Notes: a model not told the origin generated them from the letters alone. A stretch of DNA of 63,680 nucleotides, filler included, from Globobulimina sp. (GCA_003354225.1; 50 parts of 50 records of this genome joined end to end with filler, not necessarily neighbours in it), one strand, 5' to 3'; numbered from the whole stretch's first letter, positions 36,908-49,657 are shown. Program-made: numbers and translations.

Positions 36908-38282
36908 NNNNNNNNNNNNNNNNNNNNNNNNNNNNNNNNNNNNNNNNNNNNTTAATTAATTAANNNNNNNNNNNNNNNNNNNNNNNNNNNNNNNNNNNNN
37001 NNNNNNNTTTTAATTCAAATAAATACATCTAGTTGCTAGTTGTCATTACAAAACTCCTTTATAGAAATAAGCACTTCGTTAGCTTATTACCCAGGAGGAT
37101 AAAAATATTGAAAACCTTACTAATTATAAAGCAGTGCAAGATAAAGAATTCGATGACGATCCACTCGCAGATTTCACAATGCTTCCAAACGAGACAGATA
37201 TTATCGACTATCAAGATGACGAAGAAAATAGCATTGTTGATATTGATGAAATGGATATTCCTCCACTTCCCCAGGGGTTTTTTGATGAGCCTGATCCTGC
37301 GCATGTTGCTGATGACAATTATGATGACGATGAAGATGAGTTTTGGTGATGACTTTTTATATTCCTTTTTCTTTATTTCTCTCAAAATTGTATACAAATG
37401 CAGAGTTGCATCACTTTCGTACCAACTCCAGAGTAAAATCAAACATTGTAAAAACTTATATTATTATTGTTTTTTCTGAGAAACTAAAACAAACCAGAAA
37501 TAAAAATCAGATGCTGAAAACGAGAGTACATAAACGAGAGTACCCCCTTTGTATACATTTGATTAAATTATAAATTTGTTCTGACTTTGTTCTGGATTTG
37601 CAAACCAAGACAAAGTTATAACAAACACAGAACAAACCCAAGACAAACCTATAGAAAACTGTTTCTGGATTTGCAAAGCGTTTCTCAGATAATTGAATCA
37701 AATGTATACAACTTATCGACCAGGGGGAGGGGGTATCTTTTGGAATATAACGTTAAAAGAGAGAAAACGAAAAAGTTTTTACATAATTACTTTTAAAATC
37801 CGCAAATTCGCAAGTCGTTTTGTTACTTTTAAAATCTCCATAGGCTTTAATTTTTTTCTAAAACGCAGTGTTTCAAACAGGTCCTATTCTAAAGTAACGC
37901 AAAGTTTGCATCGGAATGTAGAAACAACATATTTTTTATGTATGCACGTTTTATTTTGTGTTTGTTTTATTTGTTGTTGTTTAATAGCAGTCTAAAATGC
38001 ACATTGAATGTGGTGAAATATGGGCGTATTTTAATCAACAATCTGACAATAATTAGCTGAACTTAACCAAGACACAGCAGGATACCACACTTTATTTGTT
38101 GGTAAGTTCAACTGATATATTTGTTCATTCTTTTTAATGAATAATAATTTTGATGCAAATGAATCATATTGCATTTTGACAANNNNNNNNNNNNNNNNNN
38201 NNNNNNNNNNNNNNNNNNNNNNNNNNTTAATTAATTAANNNNNNNNNNNNNNNNNNNNNNNNNNNNNNNNNNNNNNNNNNNN

Positions 38283-38321
38283 TTAGAGAAGGTTGCTAAG
38301 GTATTTGGAGAACAAATATGA
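38283..38321 (+). CDS. mrpE: C-terminus of probable Mrp subunit E
   Basis: LEKVAKVFGEQI* with ATGA overlap onto mrpF; assigned by position. Confidence 0.55.
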   Translation, partial: LEKVAKVFGEQI

Positions 38322-38605
38322 CTACTTTTTTTCTAAGTGTTGCATTGGGATTATTATTTCTGATGCTTTTTGCGATGTATAGAGCATTATTCGGTCCAAC
38401 AATTCTTGATCGCCTGATCGGAGTTAATGCAATCGGTAGTAAAACGGTCGTGCTTTTACTGTTAATTGGGATGTTGTATGAACGTGTGGATATGTTTGTA
38501 GACATTGCATTGGCATATGCATTTTTAAATTTTGTAGCGGTACTTGCTGCATCCCGATATTTTCACAAACGAAAAGGTCTTTACGAAGAATCTTTTATGG
38601 ACTGA
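38318..38605 (+). CDS. mrpF: Mrp/Mnh Na+/H+ antiporter subunit F
   Basis: YRALFGPTILDRLIG, VDIALAYAFLNFV. Confidence 0.93.
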   Translation: MTTFFLSVALGLLFLMLFAMYRALFGPTILDRLIGVNAIGSKTVVLLLLIGMLYERVDMFVDIALAYAFLNFVAVLAASRYFHKRKGLYEESFMD

Positions 38606-38624
38606 TGGTCTGACAGGAGTGTTC

Positions 38625-38948
38625 ATGGATATACTTGTTATCATATTAATGCTTACCGGTTTGTTCTTTTTTTTGGGTGGTGCAGTGGGCATTATCAGAA
38701 TGCCTGATTTTTATAGTCGACTTCATCCAGCCGGGAAATTAGATACTCTGGGGATTTTTGCAATGGTGACAGGACTTGCTATATACAATCTGCATCATTT
38801 TTCTATTGAGTCTCTGCTACTTTCAATAAAGATGTTTTTAATCGTGTTTTTTGTGTTTCTTTCCAGTCCCACAGCAACCCATTCCATTGTTGATGCAGGC
38901 ATGCGTGCGGGATTACGCCACTGGACCAAAAAGAAAGGAAAGGGTTAA
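38625..38948 (+). CDS. mrpG: Mrp/Mnh antiporter subunit G
   Basis: GIIRMPDFYSRLHPAGKLDTLG, SPTATH; AGGAG RBS before ATG at 38625. Confidence 0.93.
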   Translation: MDILVIILMLTGLFFFLGGAVGIIRMPDFYSRLHPAGKLDTLGIFAMVTGLAIYNLHHFSIESLLLSIKMFLIVFFVFLSSPTATHSIVDAGMRAGLRHWTKKKGKG

Positions 38949-38950
38949 TA

Positions 38951-39193
38951 ATGCTTTGGATTGATTTGATTGTGTTAACCTTTGTTATTTTTTGTGCAAT
39001 TGCTGCGATTACTGTCAAAGACCTTTTAGCAACGGCAATTCTTTTTGGGGCATATTCCTTTATGATGTGTCTTCTGTGGGCTGTGATGGGAGCTGTAGAT
39101 GTTGCTTTTACAGAAGCCTCCGTTGGGGCTGGTGTCAGTACAGTATTTTTTGTTGCAGCGGTATTTCGAACCAGCAGGAGGACAAAGGATTGA
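38951..39193 (+). CDS. Mrp subunit B-related DUF4040/MbhD-type protein
   Basis: MGAVDVAFTEASVGAGVSTV. Confidence 0.85.
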   Translation: MLWIDLIVLTFVIFCAIAAITVKDLLATAILFGAYSFMMCLLWAVMGAVDVAFTEASVGAGVSTVFFVAAVFRTSRRTKD

Positions 39194-39457
39194 AATTATT
39201 AGGATTTATTGTCGTATGTATGACAGGCGTTTTATTGCTTTATGGTACCCAGGATTTTCCAGCGTGGGGTGATCCACAATCACCCGCCTCTCTACACCTT
39301 TCCAATGATTATATTGAAAAAGCGGTTGAGCAAACACACGTCCCCAATTTGGTAACAGCTGTGCTGGCCGATTATCGTGGATTTGATACGATGTTTGAAA
39401 CAGCGGTAATCTTTTGTGCCGGTCTCGCATGTTTTCTTTTATTGAGAGACTTTAGCA
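39190..39457 (+). CDS. mrpB: Mrp subunit B / MbhE-like protein, 3' partial
   Basis: TTG start overlapping the upstream TGA; PNLVTAVLADYRGFDTMFE. Confidence 0.85.
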
Positions 39458-39803
39458 NNNNNNNNNNNNNNNNNNNNNNNNNNNNNNNNNNNNNNNNNNN
39501 NTTAATTAATTAANNNNNNNNNNNNNNNNNNNNNNNNNNNNNNNNNNNNNNNNNNNNAATTATATAAATTACTCTAATTGTGTAGATTATTGCTGTACTA
39601 GACATTTGTATAAATTATCTAACACTTAGAGCCTGTTACTAGAGTAAATTTTGAGTTGCGAATATAAATCATATAAATCATATAAATCTCATAAATTACT
39701 ATAATTGTGTAGATTATTGCGTGTTACTTGAGTAAATTTTTAGTGGCAAATACAAATCGCTCTACTGAAATTATCATAGTTACTGAAAAATTTGTTAGTA
39801 GCA

Positions 39804-40732
39804 ATGGATGAGTCAAAGGAGCCAAAAGTAACAAAACGTCGTCTGCCTGCTACACATGCATCAAGGTCAAGATCAAGGTCAAGATCAAGGTCAAGATCAA
39901 GGTCAAGATCCCATCATAGCGAAATGGATGAACAGAAATCCGTTGATATCGATTTAGATCGTGCATATGGTTTAGTCATCGGGGCAGCAATTGGAGATTC
40001 ATGTGGGTCATATCGTGAGTTTTCCAATTATAAACTAAGCAAAAAGTGCTTAGAAAAAGCCATGAAAATGCCAGGTGGTGGCACTTGGGGCGACGAGGTA
40101 ATAGCGGGCCAGGTAACAGACGATACGGAACTGGCCATATCTTTATCGTATGCCATCTGTGCGATCGTATCACAAAAAAATGTATTCGATCAGAAACTGA
40201 TTGCTGTCGAGTATGCCAAATGGAATAAATCTGAGCCATTCGATCAAGGCTTTTGTACTCGGGAAGTTTTGAAACATGCTCCAAATGTAATTGATATGAA
40301 GGCAGCGGCCATCAAATATGACACAGCTATGGCGAAAGAATACAAATCTGATGGAAACTTGGCCAATGGCTCGTTGATGAGATGTATGCCTTTGATATTA
40401 TATGGGAGCCGGTTATGTGAGGAGAAATTATATTTGTTAATGAAATTGGACGCGGAACTGACACATCACAATGAATTTGTTTTTTTAGTGAATACATGTT
40501 ATGCGATTATGGTTAGATATTTATTAAAATGTAAAAAAAATGAAGCTGACAAACACATAAACGCTTATAATAAAATGGTGAAATGGTTAGCAGAGAAAAG
40601 CAAAGAAAGCGATAATGCGAGTGTTATATTGAATGATTGGTTGAAATATGTGGATGGCAATGATTTGGAAAAGTTGCAGACAGCGACAGAGTTCAAAGGT
40701 TTTGTAAAGATCGCATTTCAAAGGGTTTGCTT
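39804..40732 (+). CDS. ADP-ribosylglycohydrolase (ARH/DraG family) with N-terminal RS repeat, 3' partial
   Basis: GAAIGDSCG, GQVTDDTELA, PFDQG, ANGSLMRCMP, LTH; SRSRSR tract at 39860-39911. Confidence 0.92.
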
Positions 40733-41236
40733 NNNNNNNNNNNNNNNNNNNNNNNNNNNNNNNNNNNNNNNNNNNNTTAATTAATTAANNNNNNNNNNNN
40801 NNNNNNNNNNNNNNNNNNNNNNNNNNNNNNNNCAATACTCGCCATTATCAATGCGGCGATATGCGTCTTTCGAGCAGCGGAGACTTGGACAGCCATTGCT
40901 ATGTTTAGTGTTTTTGACTTAAAAAAAAAAAGTGTAAAGAAAGAATGTCATATTATTAATTAATCATCATACAATTTCGCAAATTCTTTCATCATTTCAT
41001 CCCCAAAATATTTATGATAACTGACATTTTCCGCCAAACCTTTTCTTTTCCGCGTTTTGATCATAAAAATCTTGAATTGAGCCTTTGCAGATGATGGCGC
41101 GTTTTGATCATAAAAATCCGCGTTTTGATCATATAGACGAATTTTAGATTAAAAATCTTGAAGTTTTTTGAATTGAGCCTTTGCACAATTGTGCATTGTG
41201 TTTGCCAACTTTGCAGCAAGCTTATTAGAACAACGT

Positions 41237-42007
41237 GATGGAAGATGTCATCATCAAACAAGGTTATCTCGACAAACAATCAAAATATTTAAAGCAATTC
41301 AGAAGAAGCTGGATGGTGTTAAAAGGAGATTATTTATATTCATATTCAGAGAAAGATAGAAAAGAAACGGAAATTATCGATTTGAAAAAGTTTAAAGAAA
41401 TTAAAAAATCAAATACAAAGAAGAGCAAATTAAATGAATTTGAATTAATATCTAAAAATAGCAGACGTCTTTTTATTGCACAATGTGAGGAGGATATGAA
41501 TGAATGGATTGATAATATACAAAATGTATTAAATCAATTTATTATTATTATGTATTCACAGTTAATCAATATGGGATTTGATGAAAATATTTGTATGAAG
41601 GCGGCAAAGAAATATCCAAAGAATTTAAATCAGGCAATTGATTATATCGCAAAATGTGAAAAAGTAAATGATAATGACACAGATATTAAATATGCTGACG
41701 GTAATAACACAAAAGCACCAGTAAATAATATGAAATCCGATGAGAAAACAAGTGAAAATGTAGCAGATCTTAAATATGATAAATATGAGAATGGCTGCAG
41801 TGATATTACAAAATGTGAGGCATTGACTGGAATGGTGAAAGAATTAAAATTGTATTCGAATATTAATTCAAAATGTACTGAGAATATCAAATCTAAATAT
41901 AATTATAAAGAAATAATAAATGATTTCCATCACTTATTAGAATGTCATTTAAATGGCGATATTTTGAGTGTAATTGAAATAAATAAAGCATTTAAATATA
42001 TTTATGA
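41237..42007 (+). CDS. PH plus UBA domain protein, 3' partial
   Basis: IKQGYLDKQSKYLKQFRRSWMVL...EWIDNI; QLINMGFDE...NQAIDYI. Confidence 0.85.
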
Positions 42008-42555
42008 NNNNNNNNNNNNNNNNNNNNNNNNNNNNNNNNNNNNNNNNNNNNTTAATTAATTAANNNNNNNNNNNNNNNNNNNNNNNNNNNNNNNNNNNNN
42101 NNNNNNNCAAAAAAGTGTTTTTCGTTTCTATTTTTTGAAACACTTAAAGTTTGGAGGCTTAGGTTCGTGAAAAATAAAACGTTTTATTGGCGTTTTTTTT
42201 GATAAAATTTATTTAAACTCCATAACAATATGCCTTTCTATTTTCTAATGTTTCAAAATACCATATCCATTCCATAACCATTCAAATTAAACAGCTTCTA
42301 ATAGTTGTGTCTGCTGACTATGATTTCGTTTGTGTTGACTGTGTTTGCTTGTTCGTTCCTTTTTGTTTTACAAAAGGTCACAAAATCGTACCGTTTCTGT
42401 GGAAAGAGCCAAATTTGATAACAAACAAACAAACACGCACAGTCATGGGATCACATTGTTATTAAATCACAAGCACAATCCAACGTATTTAATGTTTATG
42501 GCACAACAAAACAAGTTACTAACAGACCCAAGTTGAATTTTCCGCTTCTCAAATA

Positions 42556-43282
42556 ATGCAAGCTAAAATAATGCAAGCCGATAAGAACAAACTCCAATAT
42601 ATGATTTTTCGTGCAATGGAAGATAATCCATCTTTGACACAACAATTTGATACATATTCAAAAGAGTACACGCCAACGCGATTTCCTGCGCAAGTATGTA
42701 AAAAAGCACCATTACAGAAGCCAACATCATGTTATCATACAATTATATCAAAACAGCAGTCATATATCATAACTAAATCATATATCATCGAGGCACAAAA
42801 ATTATTGACAACACAAATCATTCCATCCCAAATTGTCACAATATGTTTTCAATATTATCATTTTGTTGAGATGCAATTGACAGCTATCACTGAACGAGAC
42901 TTTTACAAAAAATATTGGATTGAAGCGGGTATAATAGGAGGCACATTATCACGAATTCGTAAAATAACACGCAAATCTGATAAAGAACCATTTGCATTAA
43001 AACTTATCAAAAAAAAACAGAGAAGCAAACAAGTTTGCTGTGCTGATATCAATCCATCCGAACAACTTCGCCATGAAGCCTTCATACTGCAAAACTGCAA
43101 TCATCCAAATATCATACGCCTCATTGATTTGGTTGATACTAAAAAACGCGTTTATATGGTAACGGAATATAGCCATAGTGCTGATATAATTGATACAATA
43201 ATCCAATGTAAAAACGTTTTCAGTGAACAGAAAGCAATCAACATAGTTAAACAGATGGTGTCTGCAGTTGAGTGTATACATC
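42556..43282 (+). CDS. CAMK-like Ser/Thr kinase N-lobe with divergent Gly-loop, 3' partial
   Basis: FALKLIKK, HEAFILQNCNHPNIIRL, YMVTEY, FSEQKA. Confidence 0.8.
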
Positions 43283-43382
43283 NNNNNNNNNNNNNNNNNN
43301 NNNNNNNNNNNNNNNNNNNNNNNNNNTTAATTAATTAANNNNNNNNNNNNNNNNNNNNNNNNNNNNNNNNNNNNNNNNNNNN

Positions 43383-43632
43383 AGAATATATCTTGTTGCA
43401 AGGCGTCGCGTTTTTTATTAAACATATAAATATTTAAAATAATTCATTTTTGCTGAAAAATGCTGCATCTTTTTATATATCCTTGCACTTTGTTCTAACT
43501 TTTGCTAATTGCTATCCTTGCACTTCATACATATAACTTCAAAAAGATGCAGCATTTTTCAGCAAAAATGAATTATTTTAAATATTTATATGTTTAATAA
43601 AAAACGCGACGCCTTGCAACAAGATATATTCT
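43383..43632. repeat. Perfect 92-bp inverted repeat (fold-back) at contig start
   Basis: 43383-43474 is the exact reverse complement of 43541-43632; 66-bp spacer. Confidence 0.95.
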
Positions 43633-44781
43633 TTTTTTTCTTCCTTTTCTAAGTTGCAGATATTTCACCTGTTGCGATATTTACAGCATCGAAATATATC
43701 TCGCATGCATATATTGCACCATTTTCCTTTTCCTTTCTTGTTTATTTACACAAAATATCCAATATCGCACTTTTTTATGTGCTAAATATCCTCATTAAAT
43801 TCTTTCTCCATTCAAATTCTCAAATTCATTTCCAATTTAATATTCATATTTTCATTAACAAATAAAGTGATTTCCATCACAGCAAATAACCACCATAAAC
43901 TGTTTATTGTTTGTGTAAATAATAAACAAAGGAAAATAATATAGACACAAACATGTAACTGTCGCCTTTGACTGTAATAGGAAGCCATTACATAAATGTT
44001 TATACAAAAACAAAGCGACAACCTCAAAAACTAGACAATCAAGTAACAATCTCAATGACATTGGCGTAAAGTACTTCTAATGGCATTATATAGATTCAAA
44101 ATAGGAGTGCAGTTCATTTAAAAGGAATATCGAATTTATTATGATTAGGATCGCCGTATGAATTGTTTTATGCCTGAAATGAAATAAAAAATTGCCGAGA
44201 ATAGGCATTGGAATGTGTTATGGACGTAGGATTTTTTTGGGTTCGATCCTTATTTTAGTTTTTCTGTTATTTCGTCCAATCTGAATTCAAATTGTCATTG
44301 AAAAATTGGAATTGCAATGCAAAAACAGATTGTATTTGGTTGCAAACAACATGGAATATATTCATCACCTGTCTATCAAATTCGATTGTTTCAACAAATA
44401 TCTTTATCAATGTACTCAAACAAGCAGTAGCTGTAAGATGGGATGGTATTGGACAGATAAAATTTATCGCTGTAAAATTCGAGCGGTTTGTGCCAGAGTG
44501 AACGTCCGATTGAAGGAGGTGTCCCGGGCTGGTAATATGCTTCAAATCCGTTTTTTTNNNNNNNNNNNNNNNNNNNNNNNNNNNNNNNNNNNNNNNNNNN
44601 NTTAATTAATTAANNNNNNNNNNNNNNNNNNNNNNNNNNNNNNNNNNNNNNNNNNNNATAATATCCCAACAAATTATTATTGTTGAAGAGGAATTTGCAT
44701 ATTTTCATACACTCAAAAAACAAAATAACAAATAATCTCAACATTTATAACAATCAATGCAAAGTCATAATTATCCACCAA

Positions 44782-45832
44782 TCATTTATTTGTGTTTCTT
44801 TTCCGTTTTAACCATGTTCCAGACGGTGTTCTTCTTTTTGTTGTCCGTTGTGATGTATTTCGTTTTCTTTTTAACCCACCACGACGCCCCGATGATTGTG
44901 TCGATACTTGGCTTTTCTCCGTATTTTCTCCTTCCTCTTCCTCTTCACTCTCATTATCTACATCTTTCATATCTGAGTCCTCATCTTCCTCTTCTTCATC
45001 ATCTGAGGCTTTTGCTGGTTTTGATACACTCACTCGATGAGACACTGCATTTTCCACTTCCTCTTCCTTTGCATCACCACGAGGCAAAGACACAGCAACT
45101 CTCGTTTCTCGGACCAATGCTTTTGAAACACTCACTCTCTCCGTCTCGGCGTCTGGTGCTTGATCATCATCATTATTCCCTTTATTTTCATCTGTATGCT
45201 CCTCCCGCTCCATCGCCTCACCATCATCATCAACAATGGAGGCTACTTCAACTCCCATATTAATATCTGAATGAGACTGCGACTGTGGCTGTGACCGTGG
45301 CTGTGGCTGTAGTTGCGATTGATTATTATTTTCCAAATCAAAATTTTCCAATCCATCATCATCAAGATTTAAACTCCTATTCCTTTGCGCTTTTTGTGCT
45401 TCAGTTTTTAATCTAGTTCTAAATAGTTTATATAATTGCCATTTAGCTTTGTTTTCATGTAATTCAGCGGGTAATTTACGACTTAAATTTCGAAAATATG
45501 CCCAAATCTCCAACTTGTCTCTGTTTGTAAACGTTCTAAAAAATGGCGTCAATGCATGCAAATATGAAAAGTATTTTGGAATATTATCAATTTCGCCCAA
45601 GATATAATTTAGAAATAATCTGCCAAAAACTAACCAATATTTTCGATTTTTTTTAGTAAACCCTTCCAACATTGACACTGATTTCGCTATTTTCTCAATT
45701 GTATCTATGCGGAGTAACGGTATTATTTTCTCCTCGTTCATAATCATTACCATTGCTTCAAACAACATTTCCTCGAACTTTGCATGATTATTATGATATA
45801 ATTTATGCGTAATTTTCTTAATTATTTCATCT
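44782..45832 (-). CDS. C-terminal part of a helical protein with acidic/basic disordered tail
   Basis: Long open frame; Glu/Asp tract followed by NLS-like KRKR motifs. Confidence 0.6.
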
Positions 45833-46179
45833 NNNNNNNNNNNNNNNNNNNNNNNNNNNNNNNNNNNNNNNNNNNNTTAATTAATTAANNNNNNNNNNNN
45901 NNNNNNNNNNNNNNNNNNNNNNNNNNNNNNNNGTATATGTGTGTTTATGACTGTTTGTATGCATTGTATACTGTGACAATATTAAAACAAACATGTTCGC
46001 TTGTACAACAAAGTTTATAATTAAAAAACTCTAAGCTATCAAAGTTTATAATATATCATTAGTATATCCAGCAAATGATCCAACATTTAACCCAACGCTA
46101 TCGAACATTTCCAAAACTTCACAACTGTCAGTGTGCGCGTCAGTCAAGAGTACTAGTATTCTTGCGTCAGTAAACTATA

Positions 46180-47107
46180 ATGCTGTTTTCCTCCTTATGT
46201 GTTGCAGTCATAGAAATTATTTTAATTGATCCGTTGATAGGACAGCATGTCCGCATATACCATGAAATAATGGACGATTCAACTGGTTGGACTCTTGGCA
46301 ATAATAATGGGAACGCACCGATTATGCCTCACATTAACGCGAACTGCGTGAATACACCAAGCTGTTGTATGCTACCATTCATGGGAGGCTGGGCTAGCAA
46401 AATCTTTTCAACCGAAGGATATCACAACATATATGTTAAATTGTCGGTGTCTGCAGACGGGACAACATATTCCAATGATATCATTTGGCTCTACGTATAT
46501 CCAGATGCAAATTTTAATGGTAATTTTATGAGTACATATTGGTTGCCCGATACATTTAATGCTGATCATTCTGACCCGCCATTGAATATTACTTTTTATC
46601 CCGTTCCAAACGCAAATTTTATCTACAATAAAGCAAATATAAAACTAGAATGGGGGTTGGGAAGCACTGTATCTTCTATATATTGGGTTTATTTGTCACA
46701 TTTGGAAATCTATGGAATACCAATCGCTGTAAACCCAACTTGTTTGTACATCTGTCACTTATGTCTTGATATAATATAAATGTTTTTGATATATGTCATT
46801 AGTATATCCAACGAGTAATCCAACAAATTATCCAACAACAAATCCAACATATAATCCGACACATATTCCAACAACAGATCCAACATTTAACCCAACGCAT
46901 ATTCCAACACACATTCCAACAAATGATCCAACCCAGATCCCCACAGTAAATCCAATCACTGCAAATCCAACCTATGTTCCAACACTAAATCCAACGCATA
47001 TTCCAACAGAACCACCAACATTTAACCCAACAGTATATCCAACACAAAACCCATCAACTTCACCAACAGATATTGCATCTGGCAATGTATTGGCAACAAA
47101 TATAACA
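46180..47107 (+). CDS. Secreted/surface protein with Pro-Thr (PTxx) repeats, spliced, 3' partial
   Basis: Signal peptide, beta-rich domain, intron 46742-46802, PTxx repeats. Confidence 0.75.
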
Positions 47108-47457
47108 NNNNNNNNNNNNNNNNNNNNNNNNNNNNNNNNNNNNNNNNNNNNTTAATTAATTAANNNNNNNNNNNNNNNNNNNNNNNNNNNNNNNNNNNNN
47201 NNNNNNNAATGATGCTGATTCTGTTGCTTTAGAGTTTTTAATAAATGACCATAGATCTTGTTTCGACGAATTAACGATTTCCCCTGACGAGTCTGACATG
47301 GAGATGGAGTGAAAAAGATTTATTTAAGCTGTTTTTAATGTAAATATTCACAATCACAAAAAGATTGTTCTTTAAATTCATTCCATATTTGCCTCAAGAT
47401 GCATGATATAAACAGACACATATTTATCCTCTATATAGTTATAGCTATAACTGCCAA

Positions 47458-48060
47458 TCATATGATCATGAACTCCTTCAATCGCAATTCCTTCAACAAC
47501 ACCATCTCATTCCTCTCCGCCGCAGTCAACAATGGATGTACCGCCTGCGGATCATAACCCATAATAATATTATAATGTTTCTTCCTATGCCGTGCTAACA
47601 AAATCAACGGCAAATTCACAGTCTCTTCATATGCCCCTTGTTCAAACGCGATATATAACTTCTTCTGATCACTGTCATACTCAAACACCCACACTCTGAC
47701 ATTATACAACTCGCTCAACGCCGTTATATCCACATTATCTCCACATTCATGATCATATTCCTGCTCCTTTTCCTTTTCCTTCATCCGTTGATCAAAAATG
47801 CGATGGCTGAAAAACCTCACATTCTCACGCATATATTTACAACATTCCGCACGGACATCCATGTGCTTCGTAGTATCGTTATAAATCGCAACGGCAAAAC
47901 AACGATATAAAGAATTGCCATCAGCAGCAGCCACTGCAAGCAACTCCCAATTTAATTGTTCCACTTCACGCAAGAAATGTTGCATCTCTTCCGCGCCATC
48001 TTTCTCTTCTTGCGTCTCTTGAAAGCGTTCCTTATATTTATCGATTGCAGCATCATCATA
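47458..48060 (-). CDS. OTU-domain protein with catalytic Cys replaced by Ser
   Basis: ADGNSLYRCFA, DITALSELYN, HRKKHYN. Confidence 0.8.
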   Translation of the reverse strand, partial: YDDAAIDKYKERFQETQEEKDGAEEMQHFLREVEQLNWELLAVAAADGNSLYRCFAVAIYNDTTKHMDVRAECCKYMRENVRFFSHRIFDQRMKEKEKEQEYDHECGDNVDITALSELYNVRVWVFEYDSDQKKLYIAFEQGAYEETVNLPLILLARHRKKHYNIIMGYDPQAVHPLLTAAERNEMVLLKELRLKEFMII

Positions 48061-48113
48061 TTTATTTTCTTTTTCTTCTGGTTTTTGTTTAACACTGTTC
48101 CCTTTGCTTTATT

Positions 48114-48382
48114 TTACAAATATATATAAAAAACTAAACGTAGAATCATATCGGGTTCTAACTCTTCCAATGCAGCTAATTCTGCCTCTAACTCTTCATC
48201 ATGCACTTGACATAAAAATGGTCCATTGATATCTTCCATTACTTCATCGGCTTTATCAAAATCCGATTTTTTTTTACCCTCTATAATTTTCATCAAATCT
48301 TGAACCAAAATGGATTGTTGCTTTAATTCAACGTTTAATTTATTAATTTGCTCGGATTGTTTTTCATTTTTTTGTTGCAATT
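48114..48382 (-). CDS. Fragment with Snf7/ESCRT-III-like C-terminal motifs
   Basis: DFDKADEVMEDI and DEELEAELAALEE. Confidence 0.45.
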
Positions 48383-48482
48383 NNNNNNNNNNNNNNNNNN
48401 NNNNNNNNNNNNNNNNNNNNNNNNNNTTAATTAATTAANNNNNNNNNNNNNNNNNNNNNNNNNNNNNNNNNNNNNNNNNNNN

Positions 48483-49657
48483 GCATATATTGCCGTGGTT
48501 GAATAGTGGCCGCTTGCTATATATTGCACAGCCACTGATAAATAACGATATTGGTTGGTGCGCGTGCATTAATTACAAGAAGATATCGAAGAAAGATCTG
48601 CAATTATTGCAAAATGTGCATCAGAATAAGAAATTGAGTATAAATTATATTGTGGATGTGTTGACGACGGAGAATAAAATCATTTCTGTGCAGTTGCATC
48701 ATATCTTGAAATTGAGCGGAATTCGATTGAATTTGGAGGCGTTCAAAAATCTGAGGAATGAGGAGAATAAAAATAAATTGACAATGATTTTAAATGAGTG
48801 TTTAAAGAGACATGAAAGCGGTGATAATTTGCAAGAATTGCATCCAATTAAACATTTAAATATTAATGACAAGGAATTAATTGATATTTATGAGAAAATC
48901 CAAATATTGAGCGAGAAAATTAAAAATCTCAAGAAGGTGAACCATATTAATGACGATTTGTGCATTAAATATAAGGAAAAAAAAGATTTGGAGGTTGAGA
49001 TTGTGACAATTTCGAATGAAATGACATCGTTGCAAAATAACCAGCATATTCAGTTGAGATTGAATGGAATGAATCGCGTATTACGCAGATTGAAAATGGT
49101 TGACATGGAGAAGAATACGGTTATAACAAAAGGGAAAATTGCCTGTGAGATATCGACCGGCGATGAATTGGTATTAACTGAATTATTATTTTCTAATTTA
49201 TTCAATGAGGAGTCTTCATTGGCGTCGTGTGAATATATCAATGCGTTGCTGTCATGTTTCATATTTGACGAAGGCACAAATGATAAGGACGGCGGTAAAA
49301 AAAGTAATGATGAGTTGAATGATGCGCATTATAAGAAATTGAAGGAGAAAATCTTAATTATCTGCGAGATTCAAAAAGATAGCAAATTAGAAGTGAACTC
49401 TAAGAAATATTTGGAGTCGTTCGGTAAGGGCTTAATGGATGTTGTATTGGCATGGAGTAAAGGTGCGAGTTTCAATGAGATTACAAAAATGACCAAAGTC
49501 TATGAAGGTTCGGTGATTCGCGTTTTAAAACGTTTGGATGAGTTATTGTCGGAATTAGTAACTTGCTCACAATTGATTGGGAATAGAAAATTGACACAAA
49601 CCTTTGTTGAATGCAAAGAAGCAATCAAACGGGACATTGTTTTCAGTTCTTCGCTTT
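48483..49657 (+). CDS. MTR4: Mtr4/Ski2-family RNA helicase, arch and C-terminal DSHCT region
   Basis: WLNSGRL, RVLRRL, KGKIACEISTGDELVLTELLF, WSKGASF, YEGSVIR, IKRDIVFSSSL. Confidence 0.9.

Noticed and set aside
41050-41185. CGCGTTTTGATCAT short repeats as iterons or regulatory sites
   Set aside because: Three irregularly spaced copies with local duplications; no supporting context
44757-45263. Plus-strand His/Leu-rich and Ser-rich ORFs
   Set aside because: Antisense shadows of the Glu/Asp-rich minus-strand gene
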